Both the position numbers and the translations under genes were made by a program. DNA of 34,625 nucleotides from Thermotogota bacterium (GTDB lineage: Bacteria; Thermotogota; Thermotogae; Petrotogales; Petrotogaceae). Of the stretch, positions 18,864-28,396 are shown in pieces (position 1 is the stretch's first letter; every line of letters starts with the position of its first letter). A model generated the notes under the pieces. The model was not told the origin of the DNA. It was given only the letters and a program-made list of their open reading frames with translations, and made no database searches. The stretch covers positions 1-34,625 of the forward strand of contig JBNJGY010000022.1 of assembly GCA_051748045.1 (NCBI GenBank), read 5' to 3'.

Positions 18864-21227
18864 TCAGGCTTCTCTAAGCTTAACATTTTTGTTTTTTAAT
18901 TGTTTTAATATTTTTTCTTCTATTTTATTAACTTCTTCATCTGTAAGAGTTTTTTCGTTTGATCTATAGATAATAGTTATAGTTATACTACTATACTCAG
19001 GGTCAATTCCCTTTCCTCTGTAGACGTCAAATATTTGTAATTTTTCAATTATTTTTCCTGCACTTTTTATTATATTTTCTATTTCTGAAAATTCCGTTGT
19101 TAATGGAACTATGAATGAGTATTCTCTTTTAATTGCAGGATAGTCATAATTTTTTGAGGCTTTGTTAATTATTTTTGATTTATTTTTTATTATGTCTAAA
19201 TCAATTTCGGATAAATATATCTCGTCTTTAATATCATATTTTTTATCTGCGGTTTGTGGATCCATTAACCCTATAAATCCTATTTTTTCTTTGTTTAAAT
19301 ATATTTCTGCAGTCTGAGCTTGCGAAAACCCTTTTATTTCTGCTCTTTTATATTCTACGTTTATACCATTTTCTTCGAAAATATAATCTAAAGAACCTTT
19401 TAATGTATAAAATGAAACTTTTCTTTTGTCAGTATAATCCGATGGGCTTTCTTCTCCGGTAGCTAAAATAACTAAATGGTTTGGTTCTTTAACCCCTGTT
19501 TCTGAAGTCTTGTCTTCTAAAAATACTTTGTTTATTTCAAACATCTTAATATTTTTATTTTGGTTTCTATAGTTATAAGATGCTGTTTCTAATATTGGAT
19601 ACATTAGTTCTGGGATTAAGTATTCTAATTCAGAGGATAAAGGGTTGACTATTTTTACATTAGTTTCTGATTTCCAGAATTTATTTTTACTCATTAAAGG
19701 AATATTTTTTGTTTCATGATAGCCTTGCTGTCTAAGAATACTAGCAATTTTTTCTTTAAAATTATAATTATCACTTTTACTCCCTTTTAAAAAAGTGCTT
19801 TCTGGAGCTTGACTTTCAATGTTATGGTATCCATAAATTCTTCCAATTTCTTCAACTAAATCAGCTTCTCCTTCTATATCGGGTCTATTTGTTGGAATAG
19901 TAATTTCAAATCCTTCATTGTGTCTTTCAAAAGCAAAGTTTAATCTTTTTAATATATTTTCTATCTCTGTTATAGATATATTTTTGCCTAATTTTGAATT
20001 TAAATAATTTATTCTTAAAGGTTGTTTTTTATTTTCTATTTTTTCTGGATAAATATCAGTTGCTTGACCATCTATTTCGCCGTTGGCGTACTCTTCAATT
20101 AGTTTGGTCAGTCTACCCATAACAAAGAATGCATTGTTAGGATCTACACCTCTTTCAAATCTGTAAGATGAATCTGTATTTATTTTATGATGGTTAGTTG
20201 TTTTTCTAATATTAATAGGATCAAAATGAGCTACTTCAAGCAATATTTCTTTTGTTGAGGAATTAATACCAGATATATTTCCACCCATTACACCACCTAA
20301 AGCTAATATTTTTTCTTCATCAGTGATTAAAGTTTCATGACCAATTAATTCGTATTGGGTTTCATCTAATAATTCAACTTTTTCTCCTTTTTCTGCTTTT
20401 CTAACTATAATTGAATTTTTAACGGTTTTCATATCAAAAGCATGAACTGGATGACCTGTTTCAAGCATTATATAATTCGTAATATCGACAACATTATTTA
20501 TACTTCTTATTCCAGCCATAGCTAATTTTTTTACTAACCATAAAGGAGATTGCTTTATTTTTATATTTTTCATTTTTAAAGCTGTATATCTTTTACAACC
20601 ATCATATTTTATTTTTACAGGAAATGAATCATCGGAAGTTTCTATTTTGTTGTGTTTTGGAAGTTTAAAATTTTCAGCTGCGTTTATTGCTGTAAACTCT
20701 CTTGCTGTCCCTAGATATGATAGTAAGTCGGGTTTGTTAGGTGTAATATCCATAGATACTATTTGATCTTTTATTTTAAAATATTCTATAAAATTTGTTC
20801 CAGGTTCAACATTTTCAGTTATAGTATATATTGCATCAGAATTTTCTTCTAATCCAATTTCTTCTAGTGAACAAAGCATACCATTAGATTTAACACCTCT
20901 GAAATTTCTTGCCTTTATTTTAAATCCATCATACAAAACAGCACCATCAATGGCAACTGGAACAAGGTCATTTTCTTTAACTGTTAGATCACCGGTAACT
21001 ATATCTAAAGTTTCAGAACCTAAATTAACTTCACATATGATTAATTTATCTGCGTTTGGATGTTCTTTTATCTTTTCAATTTTTCCAACTATAATATTTT
21101 TTAATTTATCACCAAAGGATTCCATTATTTCTACATCTGCTGTGTGTAGTTTTAATTGTTCAACTAATTCTTTATAATTTATTTTTAAATCTATATAATC
21201 TGTTATCCAGTTTTTTGAAATTCTCAT
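18864..21227 (-). CDS. pheT: Phenylalanine--tRNA ligase beta subunit
   Basis: HPNADKL, RGVKSNGMLCS, ITPNKPDLLS, INNVVDITNY, RFERGVD, DLVEEIGRIYGY, FDX-ACB FDVYRG. Confidence 0.97.
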   Translation of the reverse strand: MRISKNWITDYIDLKINYKELVEQLKLHTADVEIMESFGDKLKNIIVGKIEKIKEHPNADKLIICEVNLGSETLDIVTGDLTVKENDLVPVAIDGAVLYDGFKIKARNFRGVKSNGMLCSLEEIGLEENSDAIYTITENVEPGTNFIEYFKIKDQIVSMDITPNKPDLLSYLGTAREFTAINAAENFKLPKHNKIETSDDSFPVKIKYDGCKRYTALKMKNIKIKQSPLWLVKKLAMAGIRSINNVVDITNYIMLETGHPVHAFDMKTVKNSIIVRKAEKGEKVELLDETQYELIGHETLITDEEKILALGGVMGGNISGINSSTKEILLEVAHFDPINIRKTTNHHKINTDSSYRFERGVDPNNAFFVMGRLTKLIEEYANGEIDGQATDIYPEKIENKKQPLRINYLNSKLGKNISITEIENILKRLNFAFERHNEGFEITIPTNRPDIEGEADLVEEIGRIYGYHNIESQAPESTFLKGSKSDNYNFKEKIASILRQQGYHETKNIPLMSKNKFWKSETNVKIVNPLSSELEYLIPELMYPILETASYNYRNQNKNIKMFEINKVFLEDKTSETGVKEPNHLVILATGEESPSDYTDKRKVSFYTLKGSLDYIFEENGINVEYKRAEIKGFSQAQTAEIYLNKEKIGFIGLMDPQTADKKYDIKDEIYLSEIDLDIIKNKSKIINKASKNYDYPAIKREYSFIVPLTTEFSEIENIIKSAGKIIEKLQIFDVYRGKGIDPEYSSITITIIYRSNEKTLTDEEVNKIEEKILKQLKNKNVKLREA

Positions 21228-21238
21228 TTATGCCCTCC

Positions 21239-22252
21239 TTAATCAATGAATCTTAGGTCGTTTTTAATGAATTCCCTTATATCATTTATATTATATTTCA
21301 ACATTGCGAACCTTTCTATACCTGCACCTAAAGCAAAGCCTTGCCATTCTTCTGGATCAAGCCCTACACTTCTAATTACGTTTGGATTTACTAATCCTGC
21401 TCCTAAAACCTCAATCCAACCTGTGTTTCCGCAAACATTACAGCCTTTTCCTCCGCAAGATATACAAGTTAAGTCAACTTCAAAACTTGGCTCTGTGAAA
21501 GGGAAGTAGCTTGGTCGTAATAATATATCTATATTACTTCCGAAAAAATCTCTAGTAAAGCTTTCTAAGTAATATTTAAGATTAGCGACACTAACTCTTT
21601 TATCTATATACAAGGCTTCCAATTGATTGAAAACAGATAAATGGGTTGCGTCCATTTCATCTTTTCTAAAAACTCTTCCCGGTGAAATGATTGCCAAAGG
21701 TGGGTTTTCTTTGAGCATAGTTCTTACTTGCACAGGAGATGTATGAGTTCTCAATAGAGTTCCTATATCTGAATCCATATAAAAAGTGTCTTGCATTTCT
21801 CTTGCTGGATGCCATTCAGGAGTATTTAAAGCATCAAAATTATACCAAGGTTTTTCAACTTCTGGGCCTTCAACTTGTTTAAACCCATGATTTGTAAATA
21901 TATCTATTAATTCTCTAGCTGTTTTTTCTATCATGTGTTCTTTTCCACGATTTTTAATAGCTCCAGGAATAGTTATATCTATCCAATTTTTCTTTTCTTT
22001 TTTTTGTTTCTCTATTTTTTGAATTTCTTTTAGTTTTTTTTCAAAAATTTCTTCAACTTGATTTTTAATTTTATTAACAGATTGGCCATATTCTTTTCTT
22101 TTATCTGGTTCTATTTTTGATATTTCTTTCATAAGACCTTTGATCTTACCTTTTTTACCCAAATAAGTTGATTTGAGATTTTGAAAATCTTGTCTATTAT
22201 CTATTTCCTTTATTTGATTTTTTAATGTATCTATTATTGAGTTATCTATCAT
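21239..22252 (-). CDS. pheS: Phenylalanine--tRNA ligase alpha subunit
   Basis: HPAREMQDTFY, LRTHTSPVQ, RPSYFPFTEPS, GWIEVLGAG, G.GIER.AML. Confidence 0.98.
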   Translation of the reverse strand: MIDNSIIDTLKNQIKEIDNRQDFQNLKSTYLGKKGKIKGLMKEISKIEPDKRKEYGQSVNKIKNQVEEIFEKKLKEIQKIEKQKKEKKNWIDITIPGAIKNRGKEHMIEKTARELIDIFTNHGFKQVEGPEVEKPWYNFDALNTPEWHPAREMQDTFYMDSDIGTLLRTHTSPVQVRTMLKENPPLAIISPGRVFRKDEMDATHLSVFNQLEALYIDKRVSVANLKYYLESFTRDFFGSNIDILLRPSYFPFTEPSFEVDLTCISCGGKGCNVCGNTGWIEVLGAGLVNPNVIRSVGLDPEEWQGFALGAGIERFAMLKYNINDIREFIKNDLRFID

Positions 22253-23045
22253 TCGATTTTTCCTCCTCGATATTTTCAGTTTTAATTATATTTATTTTTT
22301 TTGTAGAAATATAAGCTATAAAAAAGTTAATTAAAATTGCAGTAAAAAACAGATAATTGTAATTTATAACTATCGGTGGTAAAAAATAAAAATACAATGT
22401 AAGTATATAAATAAGTATTTTAATCCATTTTAACACAAAAGTATTTGCCAATATTACTGAACTAACTGAAAAAAAGAATAATCTTTCAATAAAAATATAG
22501 TCTGTTAGAAAATTTGATATTAAAATAATAGATATTATCATTATGCTGAAAAATATTATTTTGTTTAAAAACTGTTTAACATAATTAAAACTCAAAAGAA
22601 AATAACTTTTCTTAGTAAAAGCTTTTGAAAAGATTCCTGATAAAAAAATAAACGAGATTATAAGAATCTCTTTTGCTGTTTTAGATATTTCGAAAATCTT
22701 AGATTGATTTATATTTTCATCAACAGTTATATAATTTGAAATTAGCTCATTTTGTAGTTTTGATATTTTATAATTAATTATGTTGATTTCAGGCATTATT
22801 TGCTGAATATATTGAGCGTCTTTTGGTAGAAATATATTTAAAGAACCATTTTCGTAACTCAATAGAGCTTTTGTGTTTGCTGGTTTTTCATTAACTTTTT
22901 CAATATTATCTATATCAAAAGGAGCTTCTCCAATAAAATGAAAAGGTTGATTATTAAAAAAGTAATCTGTGATTATATTAACTGAGTAAATAGAAGTAAA
23001 AAAAATCAATATAATAATAAAAAAAGATTTTAAAGTATTATTCAA
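22242..23045 (-). CDS. Hypothetical membrane protein with ABC-2 permease-like topology
   Basis: One N-terminal TM, ~95 aa soluble loop, five C-terminal hydrophobic segments; TTG start with GGGGGG RBS. Confidence 0.65.
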   Translation of the reverse strand: MNNTLKSFFIIILIFFTSIYSVNIITDYFFNNQPFHFIGEAPFDIDNIEKVNEKPANTKALLSYENGSLNIFLPKDAQYIQQIMPEINIINYKISKLQNELISNYITVDENINQSKIFEISKTAKEILIISFIFLSGIFSKAFTKKSYFLLSFNYVKQFLNKIIFFSIMIISIILISNFLTDYIFIERLFFFSVSSVILANTFVLKWIKILIYILTLYFYFLPPIVINYNYLFFTAILINFFIAYISTKKINIIKTENIEEEKSNDR

Positions 23046-23066
23046 GGCATGCCCCCCTTTTTTTTG

Positions 23067-23708
23067 CTATTTTTTAAACAGTTCGTCTATATTAAATTCT
23101 CCAGTAGAGTCATCTCGTAAAATTTTCATTTTTTTATATTTAATATTTTTTATATTACTCTCAATTTTATTAATGTCTTCTATTTCTTTACCTGTATATA
23201 TGTCTTCAAAAAAACTCCCTGTTTTGTAGGATATTTTATTACCATTTTGATCTATAACTTCATCAGAAGTAGCTTCTATTAAGTCTAAAGAATTAGTTAT
23301 TGTTAAGATAGCTCCATCAGTTTTATACTTTGAGCATAATTCAGAAATTTCTGAAAATTCTTCTGGTTTTATTGTTTTTGAATCAGTTGAAATAACTATT
23401 AAATGTCTTCTTTCTGGTTTGTTTTTTAAAATATCCACAATATTTTTATCCCATAATTCTGGGATGACTATGTGTGAAAAGCTTCTTCCTATCCAGCTTG
23501 AGTTATTGGCAACAAGCTCATTTACAGTCACTTTTTCAGAATATTTTTCTGGATTTGTTATTATTTTGAAGAAATTTTTGAGTATAGTCTTGTGTTTTTT
23601 TGTATATATACCAATGGAATTTCCTCTTTGTAAATGAACTTCGGGAAATTTTATTTTTGGTTTTATTATTCTTAAAACAAAATTATTTTGTTCTGCACTT
23701 TTAACCAT
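23067..23708 (-). CDS. Hypothetical protein, possibly a highly degenerate ABC ATPase domain
   Basis: aaggtg RBS favours ATG 23708; C-terminal AILTITNSLDLIEATSDEVI resembles the ABC switch region; no intact Walker A. Confidence 0.6.
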   Translation of the reverse strand: MVKSAEQNNFVLRIIKPKIKFPEVHLQRGNSIGIYTKKHKTILKNFFKIITNPEKYSEKVTVNELVANNSSWIGRSFSHIVIPELWDKNIVDILKNKPERRHLIVISTDSKTIKPEEFSEISELCSKYKTDGAILTITNSLDLIEATSDEVIDQNGNKISYKTGSFFEDIYTGKEIEDINKIESNIKNIKYKKMKILRDDSTGEFNIDELFKK

Positions 23709-24258
23709 TTTTTTCACCTTCAGAAATTTTTTTTCTGATATAGTTAACTAAGTTTTTTGTTTCTATTGTTTGGGTTTCATCTTTTACTACCCCATATTCA
23801 TCATTTGATAAATATAATAAAGGTTTGTTTTTTGATAATTCATGAACTTCTAATACTTTTCCTACAACTAATTCATGATCTCCTTCTGTATATATTGATT
23901 TTACTTCGCATTCTAAAGCAAAATATCCATCTTCTATATAAGGAGTATTTATTTTTGTAGAATCCCGTAAAGATATATCTAAAGCTTTTAACTTATTTCC
24001 TTCTTTACCTGAAATTCTACCTATTCCATGAGCTTTTTTAGCATTATTTTCATCAAAGAAAGTAACAGTAAATTCTTCTGTTTTTTCAAGCAATTCCCAA
24101 GTATGCCTAATTTTTTTGATTGCAAAAGCAAATAAAGGTGGATTTGCTGAGACAGGCATACTCCATGCAGCTGTCATTGAATTAACTTCTTGCCCGAATT
24201 TAGCCGTTATTGCACAAACTGGCATATGTAATTTGGAGAAAAAAATATTTGGTTTCAA
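23701..24258 (-). CDS. Flavin reductase family (FMN-binding split barrel) protein
   Basis: NSMTAAWSMPVSANPP, RHTWELL...EF, LECEV, GDHELVVG.V. Confidence 0.9.
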   Translation of the reverse strand: MKPNIFFSKLHMPVCAITAKFGQEVNSMTAAWSMPVSANPPLFAFAIKKIRHTWELLEKTEEFTVTFFDENNAKKAHGIGRISGKEGNKLKALDISLRDSTKINTPYIEDGYFALECEVKSIYTEGDHELVVGKVLEVHELSKNKPLLYLSNDEYGVVKDETQTIETKNLVNYIRKKISEGEKNG

Positions 24259-24430
24259 GTTAAACCCCCCATTTAATTTGATAATATCAATATTAATTAT
24301 AACAAATAATAGTATAATTTTAAATAATAACCTCTAATTATATTTAAATGTGAATAAATAGATGTATTTATAGAAAGTTTATGTATGGTATAATTGTTTT
24401 AAGAATCTTAATTATAAAGGGGGAGTAATA

Positions 24431-25090
24431 ATGAAGATTTTTTTAGACACAGCTAATATCGAAGAGATAAAAAAAGGTGTAGATTGGGGCATTATTGATG
24501 GAGTTACTACTAACCCCACACTTGTTTCTAAAGAAAATGCGGTTTTTGAAGACAGAATCGTTGAGATTTGTGAAACTGTTAAAGGTCCAGTTAGCGCAGA
24601 AGTTATTTCAACCGATTATGAAGGTATGATAGAAGAAGCTGAAAAATTAGCAAAATTAAATCCCCATGTTGTTGTTAAAATACCAATGCTTCCAGAAGGA
24701 ATTAAAGCTGTTAAAACCCTATCAGAAAAAGGTATAAAAACAAATGTTACTTTGATTTTTAGCCCATTACAAGCTTATCTAGCTGCAAAAGCTGGTGCGA
24801 CTTATGTTAGCCCTTTTATTGGAAGAATGGACGATATAGGTAATACAGGAATGGATATTGTTGGAGAAATTGTAACTATTTTTGAAAATTATCAATATGC
24901 AACTGAAGTATTAGTAGCTAGTGTTAGACATTCAGAACATGTTTTAGAAGCTGCATTAACAGGTGCAGATGTAGTTACTATACCTATGGGGGTTCTTGAA
25001 AAAATGTTTAAGCATCCAATGACAGATATAGGTCTTGAAAAATTTTTAAAAGACTGGAAAAAATACCAGGATTATATGGATAAAAAATAA
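24431..25090 (+). CDS. tal: Transaldolase / fructose-6-phosphate aldolase (short family)
   Basis: [19 protein letters not shown] Schiff-base Lys, [20 protein letters not shown]. Confidence 0.93.
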   Translation: MKIFLDTANIEEIKKGVDWGIIDGVTTNPTLVSKENAVFEDRIVEICETVKGPVSAEVISTDYEGMIEEAEKLAKLNPHVVVKIPMLPEGIKAVKTLSEKGIKTNVTLIFSPLQAYLAAKAGATYVSPFIGRMDDIGNTGMDIVGEIVTIFENYQYATEVLVASVRHSEHVLEAALTGADVVTIPMGVLEKMFKHPMTDIGLEKFLKDWKKYQDYMDKK

Positions 25091-25114
25091 AATGGGCTTG
25101 CCCATTTTATTTTT
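25086..25114 (+). terminator. Terminator-like hairpin after tal
   Basis: aataaaatgggc-tt-gcccattttatt plus T run. Confidence 0.65.
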
Positions 25115-25145
25115 ATGAAAATTTCTTTATTTATGGAGGGTTTTT

Positions 25146-25562
25146 ATGAAGAGTTATAGAAAAGAATTATGGTTTAATACAAAAAAAAGAAGAGAACTGA
25201 TTAATATAACTCCAAAAGTTAAAGAATGTTTAAAAGAAAGTGGAGTTAAAGAAGGGTTAGTTCTTGTAAATGCTATGCATATTACAGCTTCTGTTTTTAT
25301 AAATGATGATGAAAGCGGTTTACATAAAGACTTTGAAATTTTTTTAGAAAAACTAGCTCCTGAAAAACCTTATGAACAGTATTATCATAATGGTTTTGAA
25401 GATAATGCAGACGCTCACATAAAAAGAACAGTTATGGGTAGAGAAGTTGTAGTTGCTATTACAGAAGGAAAACTTGATTTTGGTCCATGGGAACAAATTT
25501 TTTATGGCGAGTTTGATGGTAAAAGAAATAAAAGAGTTTTAGTAAAAATTATCGGAGAATGA
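25146..25562 (+). CDS. yjbQ: YjbQ / UPF0047 family (secondary thiamine-phosphate synthase)
   Basis: [33 protein letters not shown]. Confidence 0.92.
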   Translation: MKSYRKELWFNTKKRRELINITPKVKECLKESGVKEGLVLVNAMHITASVFINDDESGLHKDFEIFLEKLAPEKPYEQYYHNGFEDNADAHIKRTVMGREVVVAITEGKLDFGPWEQIFYGEFDGKRNKRVLVKIIGE

Positions 25563-25566
25563 TGTT

Positions 25567-26670
25567 ATGAATAAAAAACATGTAGCTCCAGCAGATACTT
25601 TTGTATGGAGAACCGCTGAAAAAATATTATACCCTATCTTTGACAAATTTTTGGATATAAAAGTTGAAAAAGAAGTAAAATTACCTGAACCACCTTTTTT
25701 GCTTGTTGCTAATCACACTCATTTTTTAGATGGCTTTTTCCTAAGTTATGCTATAGATAAACCTATTTCTTGGGTTGTTGCTAAAGGAAATTTTGATAAT
25801 AAAGTATTGGGATGGGCTTTGAAATCAATTGGATCGATATCAAAACAAAAAAACAAACCGGATATGCTTACAATAAGAAATATTTATAGAACCTTTCAAA
25901 AAAAAGGTATAGTTGGTATTTTTCCGGAAGGTTCGGTAGCTTGGGATGGTGTTTTTGGTAATGTCGCCAAAGGGACAGATAAATTTATAGATAGAATGAA
26001 AGTTCCTATAGTAGCTGCTCAAGTCTTTGGAGGCTATCTTTCTAAGCCAAGGTGGGCTGATAAATCAAGAAAAGGACCTATAGTAATAAAATTAGATGTT
26101 TTTGAAAGCAAAGAAGCCTTGAACTATATAAATGTTTCTGAATGGGATTGGCAGAATAAAAAAAAGAATGTTTATAAAGGTAAAAATAAAGCAAAAGGAT
26201 TAAAACGTATTATTTGGTTTTGTCCCAATTGTAATTCATTTCATTCTTTTGAATATCATAACAATAGTATGGTGTGTAGTAAATGTAATTTTACTCTTTC
26301 TGTTGATAAATATGGATATGTAAATGGAAAATCTGTAAAAGAAGCTTTAGTAAATCAAAAGAAAATTTTAAAAGAAAAATATATAAAATCTGAATCATTT
26401 GAATTTAAAAAAGTCGAATTAATTCATTTTAGCGGAGATAATAAAAATGTTTTAAAGGGTGATATGAAATATTCAAAAGGATATTTGTATATCAATGGCA
26501 TAAAAATTGATATGAAAAAAATAAAAAATGAATCAACTTTTCTAAAAAAAATATTTGAATTTTTCTATGAGGGCGATTTATATAGGTTGAAAACTAATAA
26601 TTCCTCTCTCTTGCTAAAAAATTTATGTGCTATCGTTAAGGAGGAAGATGATGTTTTGGGATATGATTGA
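25567..26670 (+). CDS. Lysophospholipid acyltransferase (PlsC-like) with C-terminal CxxC...CxxC extension
   Basis: NHTHFLD (HX4D), IFPEG, PRWA; CPNC...CSKC. Confidence 0.88.
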   Translation: MNKKHVAPADTFVWRTAEKILYPIFDKFLDIKVEKEVKLPEPPFLLVANHTHFLDGFFLSYAIDKPISWVVAKGNFDNKVLGWALKSIGSISKQKNKPDMLTIRNIYRTFQKKGIVGIFPEGSVAWDGVFGNVAKGTDKFIDRMKVPIVAAQVFGGYLSKPRWADKSRKGPIVIKLDVFESKEALNYINVSEWDWQNKKKNVYKGKNKAKGLKRIIWFCPNCNSFHSFEYHNNSMVCSKCNFTLSVDKYGYVNGKSVKEALVNQKKILKEKYIKSESFEFKKVELIHFSGDNKNVLKGDMKYSKGYLYINGIKIDMKKIKNESTFLKKIFEFFYEGDLYRLKTNNSSLLLKNLCAIVKEEDDVLGYD

Positions 26671-27985
26671 TGATTTTGTTTATATAACATTATTTTTTGC
26701 TTTGGCAATTTTACTAAAAAAATATATTCCTGGGTTAAAAAGATTTATTATACCTAATTCTATATTAGCTGGTTTTATAGGGTTAGTTTTAGGTCCTAAT
26801 GTCTTAGGCTTAATTCCATTAGATGCAGAAGGATTAGGCACTATTATTTATCATTTAATGGCAATAGGATTTATTGCTCTTTCTTTGAGAAGTGTGAAAA
26901 AGGATAAAAATGTAAATGCTTTAAACGCTGGAATAATAATCGTTTCAACATATTTATTCCAAGGGGTTTTGGCTATGTTTATGTCTTTTGGATTTAATTT
27001 ATTTGATAAAGATGTAAATCCAGGTATGGGGCTATTATTTCCGTTAGGATTTGGACAAGGTCCGGGTCAAGCTTTTTCAATTGGCACACAATGGGAAAAG
27101 CTAGGTCTTCTTAATGGTGGAGGAGCAGGTTTAGCAATAGCTGCATCTGGGTTTGCTTGGGCTACTATTGGTGGTATTATAATTTTAAATATTCTTGTAG
27201 TTAATAAAAGGCACAAACATGAAGAATTAAAAGTGGTACCAAAGAAAGAAATGCTTGTTAAAGATTATGAATTTTCAGACATGGACGGGATGACTATTCA
27301 GTTTGTAATTATTGGAGTAATTTATTTTTTAGTATTTCTTATAATACAAGGGCTCAAAATTTTATTAACTCCTTTAGGAGATTTGGGAGCTACTTTAGCA
27401 ACAACTCTAGAAGGGTTTCATTTTGTTATCGGAGCTATTGTGGCTTTAATTTTCAGAAAGGTTTATGATAAATTGTTTGAAAAAGGAGTTGCAGAAGAAA
27501 ATTATTTAAACAATTTTTTATTACATAGAGTATCTGGACTAGTTTTTGACTTTATGGTAGCTTCATCTATTGCTGCTGTTATGTTTGCTGAAATTAGTGG
27601 AATTATATTTTATATTTTAATAACTTCTCTTATTGTAGGTATAAGTACTTATGGTTTTATTTATTTCATAGTAAGAAAAACAATCAAGAAGCATGAATTA
27701 GAAAATAGAATAGGATTTTTTGGAATGCTCACAGGAACAATTTCCACAGGTATGTCTTTGTTAAGAGAAGTTGATCCAGCTTTAAAGTCAGGAACTGCCG
27801 AAAATTTGATTTATGGTTCTGGAATGTCTCTTGTTTTAGGAGCTCCTTTATTGGCAATTCTAACTTTTCCTGCATTAGCGTTAAAATCTGGCGATACAAT
27901 GTATAATGTTTATGCTTTAATAAGTCTTTTTGGATATGCTGTGCTTTTATTAGTAATTTGGTTATTCAATAACAAGAAAAAATAG
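26651..27985 (+). CDS. Sodium:glutamate symporter (GltS-like) family protein
   Basis: IPNSILAG, LGFGQGPGQA, FGMLTGTISTG..LLR.VDP; aggagg RBS favours ATG 26651. Confidence 0.85.
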   Translation: MFWDMIDDFVYITLFFALAILLKKYIPGLKRFIIPNSILAGFIGLVLGPNVLGLIPLDAEGLGTIIYHLMAIGFIALSLRSVKKDKNVNALNAGIIIVSTYLFQGVLAMFMSFGFNLFDKDVNPGMGLLFPLGFGQGPGQAFSIGTQWEKLGLLNGGGAGLAIAASGFAWATIGGIIILNILVVNKRHKHEELKVVPKKEMLVKDYEFSDMDGMTIQFVIIGVIYFLVFLIIQGLKILLTPLGDLGATLATTLEGFHFVIGAIVALIFRKVYDKLFEKGVAEENYLNNFLLHRVSGLVFDFMVASSIAAVMFAEISGIIFYILITSLIVGISTYGFIYFIVRKTIKKHELENRIGFFGMLTGTISTGMSLLREVDPALKSGTAENLIYGSGMSLVLGAPLLAILTFPALALKSGDTMYNVYALISLFGYAVLLLVIWLFNNKKK

Positions 27986-28022
27986 TATTTTAATATTTTT
28001 TATAGCTTAGGGAGGAAATAAA

Positions 28023-28277
28023 ATGTATGAAAACATTAAAGACAAACCAACTATAATTGTAAATGGCCTTTCAAATAAACAGCTTTTGGAAGTAATGAAG
28101 AAAGTTAAAGAAATTGAAGGGTTACCTGAAATAATTTTTGCATCTGTAACCCCTACTAGTTGTGAATGGACAGTTACAGATTTGATTAATGAACTGACCG
28201 CGGAACATGCAGAAATGAAAAAAGTCACAAAAAACTTAAAGAACGGTACATATAAAAATAATGAAAATAAAAGTTAA
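28023..28277 (+). CDS. DUF3783-like small protein
   Basis: IFASVTPTSCEWTVTDLINELTAEH pattern; ggagg RBS. Confidence 0.75.
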   Translation: MYENIKDKPTIIVNGLSNKQLLEVMKKVKEIEGLPEIIFASVTPTSCEWTVTDLINELTAEHAEMKKVTKNLKNGTYKNNENKS

Positions 28278-28281
28278 AATC

Positions 28282-28315
28282 AGCTGGGGACGACTTTGTC
28301 CTCAGTTTTATTTTT
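28282..28315 (+). terminator. Rho-independent terminator
   Basis: agctggggac-gacttt-gtcctcagtt then T-rich tail. Confidence 0.75.
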
Positions 28316-28329
28316 ATTAATTTAATATA

Positions 28330-28358
28330 TTGAAATTTATTGTTACGACTGATATAAT
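28330..28358 (+). promoter_or_regulatory. sigma70/A-type promoter of the MCP gene
   Basis: TTGAAA-17 nt-TATAAT with TG extension. Confidence 0.7.
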
Positions 28359-28396
28359 TTTAATATGTAAAGCTTATTATCCTGGAGGTGGATCTT

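Noticed and set aside
22253-24430. T-box riboswitch expected upstream of pheS
   Set aside because: pheS overlaps the upstream CDS; no T-box consensus or leader space seen
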